Positions 51,801 through 59,458 of a DNA stretch of 64,000 nt are shown one piece after another (within the stretch, counting starts at the first letter, position 1; each line of letters starts with the position of its first letter). The notes below the pieces were generated by a model that did not search any database, was not told the origin of the DNA, and saw nothing but the letters and a program-made list of their open reading frames with translations. Both the position numbers and the translations under genes were made by a program. The stretch comes from Nanobdellota archaeon (GTDB taxonomy: Archaea; Nanobdellota; Nanobdellia; Pacearchaeales; GW2011-AR1), in NCBI GenBank assembly GCA_038045765.1, contig JBBSXN010000005.1:136218-200217 (forward strand), in the 5' to 3' direction.

Positions 51801-54800
51801 GGAAGGACATGAGTTGCTGTTGTGGGAATTGTAAAATTGTTTAATGACCAGTTATCGTTACTATTTCTTGCAGTAATGTTTTGATAGTCTGTAAAAGTCC
51901 AGAGTGCACGTCCTTTAACATAAATCTCTGAAACTTCTCCAGCTGTTAAAGAACGATTGAAAATCATAACTTCGTCGATTGATCCTTGGAAATCTTTTGC
52001 TGTTGCGCCAGGAGATACTCCATCTGTTCCTATTTTTACTGCTGTTGATGAAGAGTCCCAAGTTGCTTTTGTATCTGAAGCAACAACTGAACCATCTAAA
52101 TATATTGTAACATTACCTGCATTTATTGTACACACAACATGCTGCCAGACACCTGCAGTGACTGTTCCGCCAAGTAATTCATCTATTCCATATTTTCCAC
52201 AGCTTATAGCTTGAGCAGTATCAATTCCAAAAGCGTAACTGTTTGTTGTCCTTTCAATTATTCCTTCTCTTTGTGCGCCTAAAGAGGAAGGTTTTATCCA
52301 AGCCATTAGTGTCCCTTGAGTCATTAAGTTAAGTCTTGAATCTGAAGAAGCCGGAACGTTAACATAATCTCCTGAGCCGTCAAATTGCAATGCTCTGTCA
52401 TAAACAGAATCAGTTATTGTTGTGTTGCCTCCAATTATTGTCCCGTTGTGAAGACTTCTTCTGTCTACTGCAAGAGTTTGATTTTCATTTAAATTTGAAC
52501 GATTATCAAAATTGAAATATGCTCCAAGCAAATTTAAAGATGAATCTATATCTGAAGTGTTGTAGTCATATGAAATGTCCCAAGTTCCTATTCTAGCGCT
52601 GATATTGGTTCCAAATTTTCTATTATAGTTTTGAAGAGAAAGGTTGAAATTATTTACATTTGAGGTTATGTTGAAAGCTCTTATTTCCTGAATACCTGAT
52701 GAGACATATCTTCTTGAAGTGTTTTGATATATTTGAGAAACTTGGGTATCATTTAATGAAATGTTTAGGAACATAAATTCATCAATGGCTCCTTTCCAGG
52801 TTTGACCACCGTTAAACCAGTCACCAATACTTATCAATGTGTCTGGAGCTCCTATGCTTCCAGGAGTGTTTGTTAAATGATAATATGTTGTGTTTATGTA
52901 TAGGCCCAGACCCGAATCATTTTTTACTAAAGTATAATATTGCCAGCCAGTCCCTGCAGGATTTATAGTTGTATCTATTTGACCTATACCATTACCCAGT
53001 TCAACTCCTATAAAATTTTGAGAGGTATAACCTAAAGTAACCCATTCAGCATTTCCAGGTCTATTTGTAAAGATACCTATTCCGGCAGCTGCATCTGCAT
53101 CTAGTCTTGCCCAGACACTCGCTGACCAGTTTCTATTTGTCCAGTCTATAGGAATAAGGTCTACACTTATATAATCCCCTGCTCCGTTTAATTGGAAGCA
53201 ATTATTAATTACACAGTTTGTTGAGTTAGTTATATTGTTAGCTATAAATGTACCATTGTAATTATTTGCAAAATCATATGAAGTGGTTGCATCATCTTTG
53301 TCAAAAGGATAGTAGGCAATTATATTATCGCTTATTTCATGAACAGAAGATGTTTTATCAGTAGATAAGTGGGAATATTGGGAATTGGCTAAGCCTTCGA
53401 TGCTAATATTATTTCCAGGTGTTGAACTATTTTCTCTTGAGAAAATAAGAGTGAATGTTTGATTTGATAAATGTGGAACTACCCATTCAATGTAATCAAG
53501 GTTTCCATTTCCATCTAAGTCGTAAGAATCAAAAGGCATTTCCTGTAGAATGTAATTTTGGTTTTGTATTGAGTTTGTTAAATTTGTAAAATTATTTTCT
53601 AAATTGATGTAAGGTATGTTTGAAACTGGTATTTCAGAGTTTTCTATTAGATTTGTTTCTGAAATATTATTAACTTCTTTTAATTGAATTGAATTGTTTT
53701 CATAGTTGTGCCAGAAAAGCTTAATGTTTTCAGAAGAGCTAATCGGAATAGAATTTGGTATATTTGTTGAAGCTATTACGTCTGTGTAATGTAAAGAATC
53801 TGGACCAGAAATTAAGATTTCTTTTCCTGCTTCAGTTTCTTTTTCTTGTGAAGTTGGAGCTTCGGTTTCGTATTCAATTGTATAATCCTTGGAATTGTCA
53901 TCAAGAATTATATTAACTTCAGGATTGACTTGTTCTGAAGAGTCAGATATAGCATATCCTGTGAATGCGCTTCTTAATTTATTAAAGAAGTTTTTGAAGA
54001 AGCTAGGTTTGTTCGAGTTGAAATTACTTATTACATTACCAGTTATTGTATTTGAAACTCTTTGAGAATTTTCTTCTTTGGAAGTTTCAGTGACTTTGAT
54101 ATTTTCAGCATTTTCAGGCAAAGAAAGAGTTAAGTTTTCTACATCATCAAATGAAATATTCTTTTCCCATTTGACTGGTTCTCCAACAGTTATTTTACTT
54201 CTTGTTGTTGAAATGCTGACTGTGTTAGAAGAGATTAAAACTAGGAATTCATTGCTTTCTAGACTTTCATTTTCTCTGTAGGCAATTATCTTTCCCTTTG
54301 TTGCACCTTTGAAGTTTTCTAAAGGAGTTAATGATATGATGTCTCCAGTGATGGAAGAGTTTAGATTATTACCTATAAATTCATAGAAGTAAGAATTTTC
54401 AAAGTAATCAGTCAGAGTGAGATTAATTGTTTGGTTTATTGATATTCTTTGAGTAGGTATTTCTTTTATTAGTTTTAAGGTGGAATTTGATATTTCAGTT
54501 ATATTAGATATAGTTTCATTTAGTATTGTTTCGTTTGTTTGTGTTTGGTTAAATGTATCTGTAAGGTTTAAGATTTCTGAGTTGTTTAGTAAATCTTCTG
54601 TTTGGTTGAGTTCTTGCTCAATATTGTCTAATTCTATTATTTGATAGTTTAATGAATCGATGTTTATTTCAGAATTGTCTAATTCTATTCTTATTGTGTA
54701 GATTGATTTGTTTAAGTTTAAATTTTCTAAGTCGCAAGTATCTTGACAGTAATCTGTGAAAGTTATCTCATTTAAAATCTCATTAGGAGCGGAGGTAGAG

Positions 54801-55498
54801 TCGCTTGGGGAAGGGCTCACTTCCTCTTTTGGGCTATCTACCTCCTTCTCCTTGGTTTGAGTGGGATTTGTGATGTCTTCAGTTACTTCAGAATTGTAGC
54901 CTGTTTGAACTGCGAAACCTGTTAAGAAACTATTTTTATTTTTTTCGGCTTTGAGAGAATTTGAATCAAGAATCAAAATGTCATCTAAGTATATTTTTGC
55001 TGAACCAGAATCCAACATTTTTCCAGAAATCTTTAGAGAAGTTAATTGACCTAGATTCTTTATTTGCCAGGCATAACTTGAAGAATTTCCTAAATTAAGA
55101 TTTATATCTTCAGTATAAGTTTGAGAGTTATCTTGCGTAGCGAAACCAATTATTTTCCCGCCTTGCGTTGCAAATAATAATATGAAAATGGAAATAAAAA
55201 AGAAACTTGCGAGAGAAGAAATTATATTGCTTCTTTTTATTATACCTCTTTCGCTTTCAATTATATTTTTACATTCTAAAATATAGTTGTCGTAATATTT
55301 AATCCATTCTTCAAAGGTCTTTTCGCCTTGTTTTTTTGAAGCTAAATTTTCGTATTCTTCGTAAGAAATTTCTCGGTTAAGACATTTATTTTTTAGTACT
55401 TGTAATTGATTTACAAAGTGCTTTCTATAACCTTCACAAGTCTTAATTCTGCTTTCGTAACTAACAATCCTACGTCTAGCAAGGTGAGCCCTTCCCAT
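48866..55498 (-). CDS. giant (2210 aa) membrane-anchored surface protein: 3x LamG/ConA-like lectin modules, Ig-like repeats, C-terminal tandem HTH tail
   Basis: Uninterrupted 6.6-kb ORF. N-terminal ~90 hydrophilic aa, then TM IISSLASFFFISIFILLFA. Three Laminin_G_3-like signatures: CFQLNGAGDYISV...WKGAIDEFMFLNISL; ALQFDGSGDYVNVP...FQGSIDEVMIFNRSL; SFVFDGGDDWVSVP...FNGSMDEIMIFNRSL. Tail after ILAVAFAFGSLS-RKKKK has two LSYVEIARLLNRDQRTIWTAYNKA-type HTH motifs. Confidence 0.8.
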   Translation of the reverse strand: MGRAHLARRRIVSYESRIKTCEGYRKHFVNQLQVLKNKCLNREISYEEYENLASKKQGEKTFEEWIKYYDNYILECKNIIESERGIIKRSNIISSLASFFFISIFILLFATQGGKIIGFATQDNSQTYTEDINLNLGNSSSYAWQIKNLGQLTSLKISGKMLDSGSAKIYLDDILILDSNSLKAEKNKNSFLTGFAVQTGYNSEVTEDITNPTQTKEKEVDSPKEEVSPSPSDSTSAPNEILNEITFTDYCQDTCDLENLNLNKSIYTIRIELDNSEINIDSLNYQIIELDNIEQELNQTEDLLNNSEILNLTDTFNQTQTNETILNETISNITEISNSTLKLIKEIPTQRISINQTINLTLTDYFENSYFYEFIGNNLNSSITGDIISLTPLENFKGATKGKIIAYRENESLESNEFLVLISSNTVSISTTRSKITVGEPVKWEKNISFDDVENLTLSLPENAENIKVTETSKEENSQRVSNTITGNVISNFNSNKPSFFKNFFNKLRSAFTGYAISDSSEQVNPEVNIILDDNSKDYTIEYETEAPTSQEKETEAGKEILISGPDSLHYTDVIASTNIPNSIPISSSENIKLFWHNYENNSIQLKEVNNISETNLIENSEIPVSNIPYINLENNFTNLTNSIQNQNYILQEMPFDSYDLDGNGNLDYIEWVVPHLSNQTFTLIFSRENSSTPGNNISIEGLANSQYSHLSTDKTSSVHEISDNIIAYYPFDKDDATTSYDFANNYNGTFIANNITNSTNCVINNCFQLNGAGDYISVDLIPIDWTNRNWSASVWARLDADAAAGIGIFTNRPGNAEWVTLGYTSQNFIGVELGNGIGQIDTTINPAGTGWQYYTLVKNDSGLGLYINTTYYHLTNTPGSIGAPDTLISIGDWFNGGQTWKGAIDEFMFLNISLNDTQVSQIYQNTSRRYVSSGIQEIRAFNITSNVNNFNLSLQNYNRKFGTNISARIGTWDISYDYNTSDIDSSLNLLGAYFNFDNRSNLNENQTLAVDRRSLHNGTIIGGNTTITDSVYDRALQFDGSGDYVNVPASSDSRLNLMTQGTLMAWIKPSSLGAQREGIIERTTNSYAFGIDTAQAISCGKYGIDELLGGTVTAGVWQHVVCTINAGNVTIYLDGSVVASDTKATWDSSSTAVKIGTDGVSPGATAKDFQGSIDEVMIFNRSLTAGEVSEIYVKGRALWTFTDYQNITARNSNDNWSLNNFTIPTTATHVLPNFLLTSDSNRFFTPILQATTTNPANATTDYLITPDTTSPVITINFPANTTYSTIHLPLMFNVSLNEQGSAKYSLDNGLNNYTLLNSTGGTIGSMLNRSNGSIAAGSYTFKVYANDTAGNNNNTANVTFSIDLTSPIVTIINPQTAFYNSSSITFNVSLNENGSVRYSLDNGLTNYSMTGNASGTGFNATNTSIADGTYNFKVYSNDTAGNTNLTSNITFYVDTTKPAISFIGNTPADASSQSATAIVVNVSSNGSLSGLSDPDHYVVTNFDNSLVGWWTMDDLNASSDPIDLTGINNGSAKNGASQNSSQGSGRFGKSFVFDGGDDWVSVPAISLAPPQEFTFSFWIKRNELTSNNWKTLIGFGGGDGIFITQTTNKLYFESSSPTTYTDLTIDTTNWFHIVISQNSSNVSSAYLNGIKSSINPTRTSSFNVISINSPGRAVEYFNGSMDEIMIFNRSLSLAEIKSLYNASANKYYNNFTNLSTGSHSFTSYAVDSAANRNSRSRTVTISSGNTAPVITNVTISSSFSITENSFTSAKLNFTVYDADGFTDINGSNAKASFNRTLETTRKDPSCINTANWSTNYANFSCTVNIWYFDGSGDWTVNASIGDLSSANAVNQTGLFTLGQTSAFVTSPGNLTFGTLSRGASNQTASNDPLLLNNTGNKNITAGNVQINATDLIGETNAAYRIYAANISVGIFTGSNKECDIGINGNASSMNKSYFNAVNQSILLVGNHSTNDGSTGQEQLYFCIRTIGTENIGQAYSTNTTQGPWTIKILAVAFAFGSLSRKKKKITKDKLLKALLITKTEITIKESVPQSEVINILFEEIQKKYSITKQELLQIINENINDTIPVSIFTKGLGGLEAVCKYLKENKGLSYVEIARLLNRDQRTIWTAYNKASKKISYSLEINENTPLLPLSFIGNRDHTIIESSIIYLKEKGLKYVEIAKLLNRDQRNIWTTYKKATENREEKEYIAPQ
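49469..50265 (-). repeat. about 0.8-kb coding segment duplicated in neighbouring gene (47872-48675)
   Basis: Nucleotide and protein similarity is visible over the whole module. Mismatches are spread over all four bases. Confidence 0.7.
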
Positions 55499-55500
55499 TA

Positions 55501-55548
55501 CTTATCTTATATGTAAAAGAGCTTATAAATCTTATCTAATATGTAAAA
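55501..55548. promoter_or_regulatory. two 18-nt direct repeats bracketing the TATA box of the giant gene
   Basis: CTTATCTTATATGTAAAA (55501-55518) and CTTATCTAATATGTAAAA (55531-55548) are 17/18 identical and 30 nt apart. ATTTATAAG lies between them on the gene strand. Repeat 1 ends 3 nt from the ATG. Confidence 0.5.
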
Positions 55549-55580
55549 TAATACTTACTATTTATGTAATTAGAAAGGTA

Positions 55581-55663
55581 AAGTAGTGCCTAATTTGTTT
55601 ATTTTTTAAGTTTATGTAGTGGGTAATTGGGAAGATTTATAAATTTATAAGTAGTGCCTAATT
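55581..55663. promoter_or_regulatory. three spaced copies of GTAGTG-NN-TAATT upstream of ORF 55665
   Basis: AAGTAGTGCCTAATT at 55581-55595 and 55649-55663 (identical); degenerate TATGTAGTGGGTAATT at 55613-55628. The last copy ends 1 nt before the ATG. Confidence 0.45.
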
Positions 55664-55664
55664 C

Positions 55665-55895
55665 ATGGAGATAAAAAAGAAAATTTTGAAAGGTTTCTTT
55701 GAGAATCTTTTAAGTGGTAAAAAGAAGTTTGAAATTAGATTAAATGATGAAGATTTTAAAGGAGTTAAAGAAGGAGATTTTCTTATTCTAGAAGAATGGG
55801 ATGAAATTAATAAAAAATACACTGGAAGAAAGCTTAGAAAGAAGATTAGCTATTTTTTAAGATCTAAAGATTTGACTTTTTTTAGTCAAAAATAA
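55665..55895 (+). CDS. ASCH/DUF3850-like small protein
   Basis: FFENLLSGKKKFEIRLNDEDFKGVKEGDFLILEEWD resembles the DUF3850 pattern (sGkKtfEiRkND.df.vGD.l.L.E). From memory. Confidence 0.5.
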   Translation: MEIKKKILKGFFENLLSGKKKFEIRLNDEDFKGVKEGDFLILEEWDEINKKYTGRKLRKKISYFLRSKDLTFFSQK

Positions 55896-55939
55896 GTTAA
55901 TGAAAAAGGATTTATTGTTATGTCTTTGGAGGATTGTTG

Positions 55940-57655
55940 ATGGCATTCATAGTTAAGAAAAAAATAAATGGAAATGAATACTTTTACTTAAGAGAAAGTG
56001 TTAGAACTGGAAACAAAGTTAAGGCGCGGACGATTGCTTATTTAGGGAAAGATAAAGTTGAAGCTGAAAAAAAGGCTAACTTATTTTTGAAAATACCTGA
56101 GAAGAAAGATTTAAAGGTGGAAGTTGTTGAGTTAAATAATATGGATAAAAGTCAATCAAAAGAAAATATGGAAAAGAAAGAATCCAGTGAATTAACAATT
56201 GAAGAATTGGCTGTTTTTTGTAAGAGAAAGGGATTCGTTTTTAGAAGTAGTGAGGTTTATGGAGGTTTTTCAGGATTTTGGGATTATGGTCCGTTAGGTT
56301 CAGAATTATTTAATAATATCAAGCAAGACTTTTGGAAGTTTTTTGTTCATCAGAAAGATAATATGGTGGGAATAGAAGCTTCAATTATTTCTCATCCTAA
56401 AACTTGGAAGGCTTCTGGACATTTGGCTTCTTTTTCAGATATCGCAGTTACTTGTAAAAAATGTAAAAAAGCTACTAAGATAGATAAATCTGAACTTGGA
56501 AAAGTTAAGTGTGAATGTGGTGGCGAATATGAATCGCAGGGAGAATTTAATTTAATGTTTAAGACGAGTGTTGGAGCTTTGAATCCTGTTGATGCTTATT
56601 TGCGTGGAGAGACTGCACAAGCAATGTTTATGGATTTTAAGTTGGTTCATGAAACTGCAAGAAAGCAATTACCTTTTGGAATTTTACAAGTTGGAAGATG
56701 CTTTAGAAATGAGATTGCTCCTAGAGATTTTATTTTTAGATTAAGAGAGTTAACAATTGGAGAATTTGAATTTTTCATTCATCCAGAAGAAAAGAATTGT
56801 AATTTATTAGATAGTGAGCATAAAAATGTTAAGCTTAGATTGCTTGATGCTGAAAATCAGGTAAAAGGAAAAAATAATCTTAAAGAAATTACAATTGGAG
56901 AAATGGTAAAAGAAAATAAATTAGATGAATGGCATGCTTATTGGCTAGCTGAACAAGTTTTATGGTTTAAGAGACTTGGATTGGAAAAAGAAATAAAAAT
57001 TAGAGAGCATATGAAAGATGAACTTAGTCATTATTCTTCTGCAACTTTTGATTTAGATTATGAATATCCTTTTGGAAGTAAGGAAGTTGGAGGTAATGCT
57101 AATCGTGGTCAATATGATTTAGGACAGCATGCAAAAGAATCTGGTGCAAATTTTGAGATTTTTGATGAAAAGAGTAAAAAGATGATTTTACCGAAGGTAA
57201 TTGAACCTACTTTCGGAATGGATAGAGTTTTTCTCGCTATGCTTTGTAAAGCGTATCATAAAGATGCTAAGAGAGAGAATATTGTTTTAAGATTGCCTGC
57301 AAGATATGCTCCAGTGAAAGCAGCAGTTTTTCCAATAATTAAAAGTGAAGAGTATGAATTAATTGCTGAGAAAATTGTAAAAGACTTAAGAGAAGAGTGG
57401 AATGTAAATTATGATAAGTCTGGAAGCATTGGAAAGAGATATGCAAGAAATGATGAGATTGGAACTCCTATGTGCATTACAATTGATGAAGAAACTTTGA
57501 AAGATGAAAGTGTTACAATAAGAGATAGAGATACGACACAACAGGTTAGAGTTAAGATTAAAGATTTAAGAGAGGTAATGTGGAAAGTTGTAAATGAAGG
57601 GAAAAATGTTTTGGATTTTGGTAAGAAGGTTGAGACTAGAGTTAAAGAAAAATGA
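55940..57655 (+). CDS. glyS: glycyl-tRNA synthetase (archaeal/eukaryotic alpha2 type) with ~85-aa N-terminal extension
   Basis: Class II motifs FRSSEVYGGFSGFWDYGPLG, YLRGETAQ, GRCFRNEIAPR, FGMDR; anticodon-binding C-domain. ATG 55940 is preceded by GGAGG; the track start is TTG at 55934. Confidence 0.9.
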   Translation: MAFIVKKKINGNEYFYLRESVRTGNKVKARTIAYLGKDKVEAEKKANLFLKIPEKKDLKVEVVELNNMDKSQSKENMEKKESSELTIEELAVFCKRKGFVFRSSEVYGGFSGFWDYGPLGSELFNNIKQDFWKFFVHQKDNMVGIEASIISHPKTWKASGHLASFSDIAVTCKKCKKATKIDKSELGKVKCECGGEYESQGEFNLMFKTSVGALNPVDAYLRGETAQAMFMDFKLVHETARKQLPFGILQVGRCFRNEIAPRDFIFRLRELTIGEFEFFIHPEEKNCNLLDSEHKNVKLRLLDAENQVKGKNNLKEITIGEMVKENKLDEWHAYWLAEQVLWFKRLGLEKEIKIREHMKDELSHYSSATFDLDYEYPFGSKEVGGNANRGQYDLGQHAKESGANFEIFDEKSKKMILPKVIEPTFGMDRVFLAMLCKAYHKDAKRENIVLRLPARYAPVKAAVFPIIKSEEYELIAEKIVKDLREEWNVNYDKSGSIGKRYARNDEIGTPMCITIDEETLKDESVTIRDRDTTQQVRVKIKDLREVMWKVVNEGKNVLDFGKKVETRVKEK

Positions 57656-57954
57656 TTTTGATTTATTGTCCTTGCAAGAATAATAAAGAAGCTGATAAAA
57701 TTTCTAGACATTTGTTAAAAATGAAATTAATTGCATGCTCTAATTTATTTCCAATTAAGAGTTTATATAATTGGAAAGGTAAAATAAAGAATTCTAAGGA
57801 AATTGTTATGCTTGCTAAAACTAATAATAAGAATTTTGTTGGTTGTGTTAAAGAGATAAAGAAATTACATTCTTATGAAATTCCATGTATAATAAAGTTA
57901 GATGTTAAGTCCAATAGAGAATATTTTAATTGGGTTGAAAATGAACTGAGTTAG
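57652..57954 (+). CDS. cutA: CutA1 divalent-cation tolerance protein
   Basis: LIACSNLFPIKSLYNWKGKI...HSYEIPCII...YFNWV pattern; ATGA overlap with glyS. Confidence 0.8.
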   Translation: MILIYCPCKNNKEADKISRHLLKMKLIACSNLFPIKSLYNWKGKIKNSKEIVMLAKTNNKNFVGCVKEIKKLHSYEIPCIIKLDVKSNREYFNWVENELS

Positions 57955-57984
57955 TTTTATATACTTCTTTTACATGTAATAAAT

Positions 57985-58227
57985 ATGATGGATAGTATAT
58001 TTTGGTTTCCTTTTATGGCAGCTGGATTTGGACTTATGATGATATTAGGAATATTAGTAGTTCTTTTCTGGCTTTGGATGATAGTAGATTGTGCAAAAAG
58101 AAGTTTCCAAAATGATGTTGAAAAAATAATATGGTTAGTTGTGATTGTATTTGGAAGTTGGATTGGAGCACTTGTTTATTTTATAGTTGTTAGAAGTATA
58201 AACCATAAAGGTTTGTTTAAGAAGTAA
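57985..58227 (+). CDS. small membrane protein, PLD-N-terminal-domain-like
   Basis: Two TM helices with WMIVDCAKR...KIIWLVVIVFGSWIGALVYFIV. Confidence 0.5.
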   Translation: MMDSIFWFPFMAAGFGLMMILGILVVLFWLWMIVDCAKRSFQNDVEKIIWLVVIVFGSWIGALVYFIVVRSINHKGLFKK

Positions 58228-58230
58228 GAT

Positions 58231-58602
58231 TTATTTTTTACATTTATCACAAATTCCAGTTATATCGATTTGAAAGTGGCAAATCTCTCCAGATATATTG
58301 TTTTTTAAGAAGTCTATTTTGTCTATATCTATATGCTCTGTTTTTCCGCATTTTTCACAGATAAAATGGCAGTGATTCTTTTTTGATAGAGAGTAGAGAG
58401 TTTTTCTATTGCATAAATAGTGGTGTATCTCTCTTTTATTCCTTAATTCTTTAAGGAAACGATATATCGTGGCTATGCCTATTTCAGGATTTTTTATCTT
58501 TATTTTTTTAAATAAGTCTTCCCCCGTAAAGAAAGAGGGCTGATTTTCTATTTCTTTTCTAATTATCTGCTTTTGAATAGTATTTCTTGATAGTTTAGCC
58601 AT
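58231..58602 (-). CDS. Fur-family metal-responsive regulator (probably Zur)
   Basis: wHTH IATIYRFLKEL, CxxC pairs CEKCGK and CDKC. I start at MAKLS (58602) so that the Fur-box-like palindrome is intergenic; the track start is 58626. Confidence 0.75.
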   Translation of the reverse strand: MAKLSRNTIQKQIIRKEIENQPSFFTGEDLFKKIKIKNPEIGIATIYRFLKELRNKREIHHYLCNRKTLYSLSKKNHCHFICEKCGKTEHIDIDKIDFLKNNISGEICHFQIDITGICDKCKK

Positions 58603-58609
58603 TTTCTTA

Positions 58610-58626
58610 TTGATAATTACAATCAA
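58610..58626. promoter_or_regulatory. Fur-box-like inverted repeat between the Fur-family gene and the ZIP transporter gene
   Basis: TTGATAATTACAATCAA (TTGAT...ATCAA arms, GATAAT core) in the short divergent region. Confidence 0.3.
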
Positions 58627-58660
58627 TTAGGTTTTTAAATTAGCTTTAGTTAACTTGATT

Positions 58661-59425
58661 ATGCAAATAAGTGGCGCTTTTTTTTATACGATTGTTAGTG
58701 TGTTAATTGTTAGCTTAGTCAGTTTAGTCGGAGTTATTGGGTTAAGTGTGAAGCATGAAAAGCTGAGCAAGGTTTTAATTTATCTTATAAGTTTTAGTGC
58801 AGGTGCTTTGCTTGGTGATGCATTCATACATTTACTTCCAGAAGTTGTAGAGAAGAACGGCCTGACCTTAAGTATTAGCTTTTCAATTCTTGGAGGTATA
58901 TTAATATTTTTTATCCTTGAAAAGCTAATTCATTGGAATCATTGTCATACTGAAATTATAAGCGATAAGAAACATATACATCCTTTTACCTATACTAACT
59001 TAGTAGGTGATGGTTTACATAATTTTATTGATGGAACGATTATTGCTGCAAGTTACTTGATAAGCTTTGAAGCAGGTTTAGCTACAACTATTGCTGTAGT
59101 CTTACATGAAATACCTCAGGAGATAGGAGATTTCGCAGTTTTATTACATGGAGGATTTTCTAAAGGTAAAGCATTGTTTGCTAATTTCCTTTCTGCGCTT
59201 TTAGCTTTGGTTGGAGCTTTGCTAGTTTTCTTTGTTCAAGGATTTATGGAAAGCATAGAATTTATATTGGTTCCGATAGCTGCAGGAGGATTCATTTATA
59301 TTGCAAGTAGTGATTTAATTCCTGAATTACATAAACATTCCCATAAGTTCTCAAGAAATATTTTACAGTTGATTGCATTTGTGGCAGGTATTGCAGTAAT
59401 GTGTTTACTTCTTTTGTTAGAATGA
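58661..59425 (+). CDS. ZIP-family zinc/metal transporter
   Basis: HNFIDG and HEIPQEIGDFAVLL signature helices; about 8 TM. ATG 58661 (track TTG 58655). Confidence 0.85.
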   Translation: MQISGAFFYTIVSVLIVSLVSLVGVIGLSVKHEKLSKVLIYLISFSAGALLGDAFIHLLPEVVEKNGLTLSISFSILGGILIFFILEKLIHWNHCHTEIISDKKHIHPFTYTNLVGDGLHNFIDGTIIAASYLISFEAGLATTIAVVLHEIPQEIGDFAVLLHGGFSKGKALFANFLSALLALVGALLVFFVQGFMESIEFILVPIAAGGFIYIASSDLIPELHKHSHKFSRNILQLIAFVAGIAVMCLLLLLE

Positions 59426-59458
59426 TAAATTTATAATGCTAATTTTTTCTAATTGTGT

